NCBI GenBank assembly: GCA_964532425.1
Contig: CAZHIA010000006.1
Coordinates: 65,343 to 129,342, forward strand
Direction of reading: 5' to 3'
Source of the DNA: an uncultured Candidatus Saccharibacteria bacterium
GTDB lineage: Bacteria > Patescibacteriota > Doudnabacteria > UBA920
Length of the DNA: 64,000 bases
The position numbers and the translations under genes are program-made. The notes under the pieces were generated by a model that was not told the origin of the DNA, did no database searches, and saw only the letters and a list, made by a program, of their open reading frames with translations. Of this stretch, positions 57,107 to 64,000 are shown one piece after another (positions within the stretch are counted from its first letter, which is position 1; each line of letters opens with the position of its first letter).

Positions 57107-57248
57107 GAAAAGCATATAGCTTTAGCTATATGCTTTTCTTATTAAGGAAGTAGGAATCGAACCTACCTACCGGCAGGCGGCAGCGAGGCAAGGTTTTTAG
57201 TGCAGTAAAAACCGCTTGAGGATGTATTAATTATTCGCTTATAGGCGT

Positions 57249-57278
57249 TTGACAAAAAACCTCATGTTCTAGTATTAT
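57249..57278 (+). promoter_or_regulatory. Sigma70-like promoter of the MVP-like gene
   Basis: TTGACA-18 nt-TATTAT about 140 nt upstream of AAAGGAG..ATG. Confidence 0.55.
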
Positions 57279-57419
57279 ACAAGGTCTTCTCAGTTGTATT
57301 TAGGAAGACATTTACAAAACTTTAGGAGGAATTTGACAGTGTAACACATTGGGTTATCCTGCATTTTCGTCGATTCTTCCTAGAAATCTGCAGTATCCGT
57401 TTCTGAAAGGAGATGCCAT

Positions 57420-60083
57420 ATGGCATTGCAAGACTCGCAAGCAAGAGAATTAGTCCTCGCGCACAACGAGCAGGCGTACGTCCAGGACGACAACAAAGGC
57501 GATATCGCCGCCCTCGTTGGTCCCTTCAACAAGAAGCTGGACCCAAACGAGAAACCCGTCATCTTTGACGAGGTAAACGGTAAGTTCGTCCGCACTGACT
57601 CGGTCGAGCAAGCGAAGCGTCTGTGGCCTTTTGCTCAAGAGGGCAGCTACATCGTGCTTGCCAACCCGGCTCGGGATACCAATCAGGCGCATCCTTCAAC
57701 CGCCTCCAGCAACAAGCTGCCGGCGATTGAGTGGGGGCGCAAGATTATCCTCCCCGGCCCCGTTACCTTCCCACTCTGGCCCGGCCAGATCGCCAAGGTC
57801 ATTCCCGGACACAGGCTGGACGCCAACCAATATCTCATCGTCTCTATCTACAACGAGGAAGAAGCCCGGAACAACTGGGCGAAATCCGTCGTGAAGCGGG
57901 TAGAGAAGAAGGTCGACGGCGAAGGCGAGAAGACCGAGTCGGTCAACACCGAAACGGCTCCGTCAGACCTGACCATCGGCAAGCGCTACGTCATCAAGGG
58001 TACGGACGTGTCTTTCTACATCCCGCCCACGGGCGTCGAAGTTGTGCCGGACAAGAACGGCACTCACGTCCGCGACGCAGTCCTCCTGGGTCCCATGGAA
58101 TGGTGCGCCTTAGACGATCAGAACGGTACGACCCGGTACGAATACGGCGAGAAGGTCGTGTTTCCGTCCGCCACTGAGAACTTCCAGGAGAAGGACGGCA
58201 ATCGCAAGTTCAAAGCCATCGAACTCAACGATGACATGGGAGTCCATGTCAAAGTCGTGAAGAATTACGACGAGGGCGAGGGTGAGGACAAGAAGACCGT
58301 CAAGGCCGGCACGGAACTGTGGATTACCGGTAAGCAGCAGAGCATCTACTTCCCGCGCCCCGAGCACCAGCTCATTCGCTACGGCAGCAACCAGAACGAT
58401 CCGCGGCAATTCGGGATTACCATTCCCGAAGGCTCGGCTAAGTACGTTCTGAATAAAAGGGAAGGCAGGATCAATACCGTCAAAGGATCTCAGATCCTGC
58501 TGCCCGACCCGCGGTACGAAGTCATCGTCCGCCGAGTCCTCGATCCCAAGACCGTCGCCCTGTGGTTCCCCGGCAGCTCCGAAGCCCAAGCGTTCAACGA
58601 GAACCTCCGGCGTTTGAGCGAAGGGGATACCGGCTACGTCACCGATGAGCTGGCGCGCAAGGGTTTCGCGGCTCAGCCCGCCTCGGCCCGCATGCGATCG
58701 GCCTCCAGCGACTACGCCGGCGAGCAGCTCGACCGCGGCAGCAAATTCACGCCGCCCAGGACCATTACCGTCGACGACATCTTCGGCGCCGTTCGGATTG
58801 CCCCCTATTCTGGCTACGCGGTGCAAGTCGTCAGCAAGACCGGCAAGCGCCGGGTGGTGCAGGCGCCGGAAGCGGCTATCCTGGAATTCGACGAGGACCT
58901 CGAAGTTCTCGAGCTTTCCACCGGAACGCCGAAGAGCGATGAGAAGCTCATTAAGACCGTGTACCTCATTACTCACAACAACAAGGTGTCCGATCTTGTG
59001 GACGCCGAGACCCTGGACATGGTGCCGGTAAAGATCCCGCTTGCGTACCGGGTTAGCTTCGAAGGCGATCCCGGTAAGTGGTTCTCCGTGTCCAACTACG
59101 TCAAACTGCTAACCGAACACATGCGCAGCGTAATTTACAGCATTGTGAAGCATTGTGGCATCGAAGATCTTCGGCTCAGGTCCGCTGCTATCATCCGCGA
59201 CACGGTCCTCGGTCCTCATCCGGAAACGGGCGAGCGTCGGGGGAAGGTGTTCGCGGAGAACGGCATGCGGATCTATGAGATCGAGGTCGGCAAGGTTGCC
59301 ATCGGCAACACGCAAATCGCCGCTATGCTGGAAAACGCGCAACTGGACGCCGTCAAGAAGGCAATTGAAGTCGGCTCCAAACAGCGTGAACTGGATACGG
59401 TAATGCGTGTCGAGGCTATCAATCAGCAGATTAAAGACGCTCAGACCATAACAGTTCTCCATACCGCTGAGCAGGACGCCAAGGTAGCTACGACTCAGGC
59501 TGAGTTGGTTGCCGAAACGGCGCGCAAGAAGATCGAAACCGAAGCTGAGACGGTGCGTCGCAAGAACGACGCGGACGCCGCGACGGCTCAACGGAAAGTT
59601 ATTTCCGACGCTGCAACAGCTTTGGCTCAGGTCAAGGCGGAAACGGAGAAGTTAAGCCAGAACCTCAAGCTTGGATTGGAGCGGATTGCCGCTGAATCCC
59701 TGCAGGCTGCTGAGCGCAATAAAGCGGCTCTGGCCCAGGCGCAAGCCGAGACCCAGAACGCCGAGGAGCGCCGCAAAGTCGAACAGGCCAACGCCGACTT
59801 GGAGTACGCCAACGGAGTACGCGACCAGAAACTCAAGGTCGAATTCCTCGAGGCGGAAGCTAAGGCGTTTGTTGATCGCATCAAGGCGCTCGGCCCCGAG
59901 TTCGCCGCCGCTCTGCAGACACTGGGCGACAAGATAGTCGCCGAGAAGGTCGCGGAGGCGTTTGGCCCCATTGCCGCCGCCGAACAAGGGAACGTGAGCC
60001 GCGTCGTTGAGCGGTTCTTCGGCCCCAACGCCCCGGTCACCAAGATGATCGAGGCTGCCGTGGCCCACAACGGCAACAAGTAA
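57420..60083 (+). CDS. Major vault protein (MVP)-like protein: vault repeats, SPFH-like shoulder, long cap helix
   Basis: Repeated GP/G..F.P motifs; AVQVVSKTGKRRVV..ILEFDEDLEVLELSTGTPK; shoulder AETLDMVPVKIPLAYRVSF..KWFSVSNYV..SAAIIRDTVLG..FAENGMRIYEIEV; ~200-aa A/E/K/Q coiled coil ending EAEAKAF..IKALGP. Confidence 0.78.
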   Translation: MALQDSQARELVLAHNEQAYVQDDNKGDIAALVGPFNKKLDPNEKPVIFDEVNGKFVRTDSVEQAKRLWPFAQEGSYIVLANPARDTNQAHPSTASSNKLPAIEWGRKIILPGPVTFPLWPGQIAKVIPGHRLDANQYLIVSIYNEEEARNNWAKSVVKRVEKKVDGEGEKTESVNTETAPSDLTIGKRYVIKGTDVSFYIPPTGVEVVPDKNGTHVRDAVLLGPMEWCALDDQNGTTRYEYGEKVVFPSATENFQEKDGNRKFKAIELNDDMGVHVKVVKNYDEGEGEDKKTVKAGTELWITGKQQSIYFPRPEHQLIRYGSNQNDPRQFGITIPEGSAKYVLNKREGRINTVKGSQILLPDPRYEVIVRRVLDPKTVALWFPGSSEAQAFNENLRRLSEGDTGYVTDELARKGFAAQPASARMRSASSDYAGEQLDRGSKFTPPRTITVDDIFGAVRIAPYSGYAVQVVSKTGKRRVVQAPEAAILEFDEDLEVLELSTGTPKSDEKLIKTVYLITHNNKVSDLVDAETLDMVPVKIPLAYRVSFEGDPGKWFSVSNYVKLLTEHMRSVIYSIVKHCGIEDLRLRSAAIIRDTVLGPHPETGERRGKVFAENGMRIYEIEVGKVAIGNTQIAAMLENAQLDAVKKAIEVGSKQRELDTVMRVEAINQQIKDAQTITVLHTAEQDAKVATTQAELVAETARKKIETEAETVRRKNDADAATAQRKVISDAATALAQVKAETEKLSQNLKLGLERIAAESLQAAERNKAALAQAQAETQNAEERRKVEQANADLEYANGVRDQKLKVEFLEAEAKAFVDRIKALGPEFAAALQTLGDKIVAEKVAEAFGPIAAAEQGNVSRVVERFFGPNAPVTKMIEAAVAHNGNK

Positions 60084-60107
60084 CACTGTCAGCCTAAAAC
60101 ATACAAG

Positions 60108-60161
60108 CCCACACTCGGCTCCGGAACTCAGGTTCCGGACTCGATGTGTGGGTCTTTTTTT
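60108..60161 (+). terminator. Intrinsic terminator after the MVP-like gene
   Basis: CCCACAC..TCCGGAAC-TCAG-GTTCCGGA..GTGTGGG then a T run. Confidence 0.7.
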
Positions 60162-60259
60162 GTAAAAGCAGTTTTACATCATGCAGGAAAAATTATGATC
60201 GGGAGAGGAATAAGAAAACCGCCCTCGCCTTGCGGCAAGTGCGGCTTAAAGCCAACGGA

Positions 60260-60562
60260 TTATGGAACGTGCAGTCCCACTTGTTGTTCCCAGACTACCT
60301 CCGGAAGGTTTTCTGGGTTAGCAAGCGCTACAATGAGTGCAATCAGCCCGGCTTGCGGCGGATAATCGCTGACGCACAGCACACTGGTCCCATCGGGTTT
60401 ATCGATGATCTGGGCTGCATAGCCAGCGTTGAGTAAGGCCTCCCATGTTTCGGGCAGGCTGTACTCTTCCTCGCGCATGATACGGGCTATCTCAGGGCCA
60501 GTTCTGCCGCCCTGAGCGAGCTGAGTTACTCGGAGGGAAACCGGTAAAGGTTGGTGTTCCAT
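60260..60562 (-). CDS. Hypothetical protein
   Basis: SD AAGGAGG. Confidence 0.55.
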   Translation of the reverse strand: MEHQPLPVSLRVTQLAQGGRTGPEIARIMREEEYSLPETWEALLNAGYAAQIIDKPDGTSVLCVSDYPPQAGLIALIVALANPENLPEVVWEQQVGLHVP

Positions 60563-60648
60563 ACTCCTCCTTCGGAGTTTGCGGAATCGGATTGTTCCTT
60601 GGGTATATTTTGTTGTCTGGCTCCAATAATGTCAAGGTGGTTGCCGGC

Positions 60649-60909
60649 TTATTTTTGAAGCATATTTCGAGAAGGAAATATTGGGGTCAAGCTGGCACGT
60701 CCTGCTGAACGGACAAGGTATTTCTGCCCATCGATCAGTGCTATCCGCCATCCTTCCGGGTCTGGCTTGCCTGCTTTGTCAAATGCCGGACCAATATCAA
60801 CGTATTGGTTCGGCCGCATAAAACCGCCTGGCCTGCCGCCGCTTAAGACGCTTTTCCCTTTTTTGGGTGATTGATCCGAAACTTCCTGTTTAGCTTTCGG
60901 TGCTTTCAT
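60649..60909 (-). CDS. Hypothetical basic protein
   Basis: SD AGGAGG. Confidence 0.5.
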   Translation of the reverse strand: MKAPKAKQEVSDQSPKKGKSVLSGGRPGGFMRPNQYVDIGPAFDKAGKPDPEGWRIALIDGQKYLVRSAGRASLTPIFPSRNMLQK

Positions 60910-61073
60910 GAGTCCTCCTGATTTTGGTCTTGAGAGTATTGCGATAAACGGAGTATCCTGGTGAAAGGCTTATACAATTCTCCGAGTGCAAAGTTTGCCG
61001 ATAGGACATCATTTATTAAGGCGCTATGCCGTCATCATACTAGCGACTCATGATTAATCTGTAAACTACTTTT

Positions 61074-61430
61074 ATGCAACGCGCTTCTTATAATGGCGAT
61101 TGGGAATTGGAATTCTTAACCCGTTTAATGGATGACCAGTTCGAAATTTTTGGCTATCGGTTTGGGTTAAATTTGATAATCGGGCTTGTTCCCGAAGCTG
61201 GTGATCTTATTACAACCGCCATAGCTCTCTATTTGGTAGGATTGGCTGCTCGCCGGAATGCCAGCGGGTGGGTTTTGTTTCGTATGCTCCTCAATATCGC
61301 GGTTTATTTTGTTATCGGGCTTATTCCATGGCTGGGTGATGTTTTCGGGTCGTGGTGGAAACCGAACCGTAGGAATCTCAGGCTTTTGCAAGCTGATGCT
61401 GCATACCAACAGCTGCCTGAAAAAGACTAA
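61074..61430 (+). CDS. DUF4112 family membrane protein
   Basis: LMDDQF.IFGYRFGL..IIGLVPEAGD..RMLLNI..IGLIPWLGD.F..WKPNRRN. Confidence 0.85.
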   Translation: MQRASYNGDWELEFLTRLMDDQFEIFGYRFGLNLIIGLVPEAGDLITTAIALYLVGLAARRNASGWVLFRMLLNIAVYFVIGLIPWLGDVFGSWWKPNRRNLRLLQADAAYQQLPEKD

Positions 61431-61518
61431 ACATCACAGTTGACAGCAGTAAGGGTTGGTGATATTGTAGTATTTCGGCTTGAATATTTCCGATACTCGC
61501 GTCCATTCAGGAGGGATT

Positions 61519-61797
61519 ATGACGAATAACGTCGCAAATCAACAGGCAGTTTTCGTGCCGTTTTACTTACAGAAATCGGAATGCCGCCACTGCGGCGAGA
61601 ATGTTGTCATGCCGTGGCATGAGTATTGCACTGCCTGCGGCAAACAGGTAAATGAATACGGCCCTGTCTATACCGAGCTTGACCTGCCCAAGGAGCACCG
61701 GTGCCTTGCAATTGAACATGCACTGAACGATATCCATGTCGGTAGTCCATTTTGTTGTTTTTGCGGCACATTGACCGCTTCGGTGCGGCGACGGTGA
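61519..61797 (+). CDS. Small Cys-rich (zinc-ribbon-like) protein
   Basis: SD AGGAGG; CRHC, CTAC, CCFC motifs. Confidence 0.6.
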   Translation: MTNNVANQQAVFVPFYLQKSECRHCGENVVMPWHEYCTACGKQVNEYGPVYTELDLPKEHRCLAIEHALNDIHVGSPFCCFCGTLTASVRRR

Positions 61798-61849
61798 GTC
61801 GAAAGACTTGCATAATAAAACCTCCGATCGCTCGGAGGTTTTGCTTATA

Positions 61850-61930
61850 TTATTTCCTTCTACTGCGTGCGGAGGCCATGCCGCCTTTGCGGCCGGCTTT
61901 TGCTTTCGATCTATTTTTTGAGCTGGGCAT
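61850..61930 (-). CDS. 26-aa KGG-motif stress peptide (not in ORF track)
   Basis: SD AAGGGGGTGA; MPSSKNRSKAKAGRKGGMASARSRRK carries the AGRKGG motif. Confidence 0.6.
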   Translation of the reverse strand: MPSSKNRSKAKAGRKGGMASARSRRK

Positions 61931-62019
61931 TAGGTTCACCCCCTTAAAGAGAATAGCCGGGCATGTGGAATGCGCGGAGTAATGATAACAAATTATACGA
62001 CGCATATTGTGAACAGAAC

Positions 62020-62214
62020 TTAAGTAGAAGTTTTATTCCTGCGTGCCGCTGTTCGCTTTCCGGATATCCGTTGCCGCTTGCGTACGGTTGCAGCCGCGAT
62101 CTGTTTGGCTCGCTGAGGACTGCGATGTTCTTTTCGTATCTCACTCTCCTTGATATGCTCATACATCCGTTCCTCTTTCGGACTCGCCTTGCTCAAATGT
62201 TTTTATCCGGGCAT
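62020..62214 (-). pseudogene. Small basic stress-type protein with in-frame TAA at codon 4
   Basis: SD AAGGGGTGA; MPG*KHLSKASPKEERMYEHIKESE..RAKQIAAATVRKR.. Confidence 0.5.
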
Positions 62215-62493
62215 TACCCATCACCCCTTTCTGCATCAGTTGATACCGGTGTGACGTTGAAATGTTTGTTTTCTTTCTAAAAAAATGCCATGAACCGTGA
62301 GCCATCCGGTTCAGGGCGCAGCCGGAGTAGATTGTATGAGCGGACCAAACAAAAAGCCCTGAACCACTCATCCGCAGGATGCGGATTCGGGTCTCAGGGT
62401 ATGAATCAGTCGCACATAGTTTCGCGCCCATAAACGTACTCAAGTCCATGGTCGTGCCATGGACCGGAGCGAATTTGATGAGCGACTGGTTCA

Positions 62494-62580
62494 TGGTGGG
62501 CAGGAGTGGATTCGAACCACTGAAGGCATAAAGCCAGCTGATTTACAGTCAGCCGCGTTTGACCGCTTCGCTACCTACCC
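62494..62580 (-). tRNA. tRNA-Tyr(GUA)
   Basis: GGGTAGG/CCTGCCC acceptor, GCTGA-CTGTAAA-TCAGC anticodon arm, long variable arm, GGTTCGAATCC, ACCA end. Confidence 0.96.
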
Positions 62581-62762
62581 ATTTGAATTTCGCTTTCTTA
62601 TTATAGCGTAACTGTTGAATTTTATCAAGACCTGTCGCAGTAGAATGTATTGTCTTTTGTAGGGGCGTGCGATAGCAGCCCGCCAGTTATCGTGAAGGAG
62701 AGAGTTGCCTATCAAGGACATAAAAACCCGGACCATATGGTCCGGGTTTTAGGTTTTTAGAA

Positions 62763-63650
62763 CTACGCTGAAATGAGATCTAGTAATTTTTTCCTGTTTC
62801 TCCACACTGCGTAGAGTCCGGTCAATGTGCCGGCAAAGGCCAGGCTCATGGTATCGGCTCCTGTCTTTGGTGCGACAAACGCGCCCTTGACTTGGGAGGC
62901 ATTGATCAGAACAGTAACTGAATTTCCGAATGTATTGGTCATTTTGTAAGCCAAGTCATTAGCCAGGAAGTATTTTACGCGCACTTTGAAGGATTTCGAA
63001 ACGGAACCGTTGGCAGGTACAGTTATATTCGGAAAACTCAGGGTATTGCCCGAGAGTGTTCCCCCGCCATTGTCGACCATGTCGGCAAACGGCAGAACCT
63101 GGGACAAGTCATCGGAAAGAGTTATGTTGTTCATGGGGCTGCTTCCAGTGTTCACGGCGGTCAGTGTATAGGTAATAAAATCCTCTTTGTTCGCAGTTAT
63201 TTGGCCGGAAGAGGTTGAAATGCCTTTCGTATCGTTTGAAACATTCATGGAATATCTCACGGCATAGGGTTGTGTCGTGCCGAACGTGGAGTAATTGCTC
63301 ATGGAACCAGTAGTTCCCGATCCGTTAACCTGTATGCCGCACGTGGCGTTCTGTCCGTTGCTGGTGACCGTAAGCACTTGCAAGCCGGTTGACGGGAACT
63401 GGGTGGTAAAGGATGAACCGCTGCCGGTTGAAGGTGAGCCGGTCGGCGCTGACCAGACATAGGTGCCATTGCCGCCGGTAGCAGAAAATGTCACTTGCTG
63501 GTTTGTAGACACTACTTGCGAAAAGTTCATGCACTGCAATACCGGGTCTGCTGCTTGCGCAGCCGGTACGGCTTGAGAAAACAGGATGGCCGCAGCAGCA
63601 CTGAGCATGGCAAACGAGCGGGCTGCTGAACGCTTATTGGATGGGTTCAT
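62763..63650 (-). CDS. Secreted surface protein with Ig/DUF11-like domains and an LPxTG-like C-terminal anchor
   Basis: Signal peptide; ITYTLTAVNTG..NITLSDDL; C-terminal APKTG, hydrophobic stretch, RNRKK. Confidence 0.72.
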   Translation of the reverse strand: MNPSNKRSAARSFAMLSAAAAILFSQAVPAAQAADPVLQCMNFSQVVSTNQQVTFSATGGNGTYVWSAPTGSPSTGSGSSFTTQFPSTGLQVLTVTSNGQNATCGIQVNGSGTTGSMSNYSTFGTTQPYAVRYSMNVSNDTKGISTSSGQITANKEDFITYTLTAVNTGSSPMNNITLSDDLSQVLPFADMVDNGGGTLSGNTLSFPNITVPANGSVSKSFKVRVKYFLANDLAYKMTNTFGNSVTVLINASQVKGAFVAPKTGADTMSLAFAGTLTGLYAVWRNRKKLLDLISA

Positions 63651-63747
63651 ACAATTGTATGGATAAAATGAATTGTAATATGAAGAATTATTATACTCTA
63701 TTTGCTGAATAGTGTCAAGATTATGAGAAATTTGAGAAATGACTTCT

Positions 63748-64000
63748 TTACAGGTCCAAGCTCGCCCATAAATGCCGTGAGGCTAAGCTTTGATGCGGCG
63801 ACCAGGATTCGATAAGCTTCAGATATTTCTTTTTATGTAGTTTCGGATCTATGCGATAGAGTTTTTTGATGGCATTCTTCAAGCCGAGATCGCCATGGCT
63901 GAAAATATTAGGGCGACAAAGGGAAAAGATCAAAAACATTTCCGCTGTCCAGCGACCAATGCCTTTGACTTTGGTCAGCATCTCAATAATCTCTTCATCT
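63748..64000 (-). CDS. alkA: DNA-3-methyladenine glycosylase II (AlkA family), 3' part
   Basis: LTKVKGIGRWTAEMFLIFSL.RP..DLGL..WSPHQSLASRHLW; frame open to the window end. Confidence 0.88.
   Translation of the reverse strand, partial: DEEIIEMLTKVKGIGRWTAEMFLIFSLCRPNIFSHGDLGLKNAIKKLYRIDPKLHKKKYLKLIESWSPHQSLASRHLWASLDL

Noticed and set aside
58110-58976. Long antisense ORFs (also 47966..48697, 49140..49964, 24241..25020)
   Set aside because: They are shadows of codon bias on the opposite strand of confident genes, with no motifs or start signals.
62203-62205. Stop-codon reassignment
   Set aside because: TAA, TAG and TGA all end well-recognised genes at the expected lengths; a single in-frame TAA is better explained as a mutation or error.
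62159-62494. 111-aa ORF starting at the tRNA-Tyr CCA
   Set aside because: No room for a ribosome-binding site; it runs through stacked hairpins and overlaps a better SD-led frame.
1-64000. CRISPR array or cas genes
   Set aside because: No regularly spaced 25-45-bp repeats with unique spacers were seen; tandem repeats are coding or short degenerate units.

Overview
This is a 64-kb chromosomal segment, genetic code 11, inferred to come from a Patescibacteria (CPR) genome. The inference rests on CPR-type VirB2-like pilins, HTH+LAGLIDADG-like ORFs beside tRNAs, many apparently leaderless core genes and CPR-style intergenic palindromes. Housekeeping content: iscS-nifU Fe-S cluster, gltX, def/fmt, mltG, HU, queA, rarA, rpmG, tRNA-Thr/Trp/Tyr and alkA. 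Three loci stand out. (1) A translationally coupled operon of amino-acid dehydrogenase, PaaK-like ligase, ThiF and nitroreductase ending in a multi-TM histidine kinase, with a divergent receiver; it looks like a small-molecule signal synthase linked to its own receptor (22.5-29.5 kb). (2) A full-length major vault protein (MVP)-like gene (57.4-60.1 kb). (3) Two pilin genes sharing an identical 367-bp module but carrying different peptidoglycan-hydrolase tips, next to an M23 peptidase (5.1-9.0 kb). Also seen: a TagA-RppH fusion, an active/inactive DEDDh nuclease pair, a tRNA-Thr fossil interrupted by palindromic inserts, a tRNA-Trp islet, and several small genes below the ORF-track cutoff. All family assignments come from motif recognition by eye; no database searches were run.
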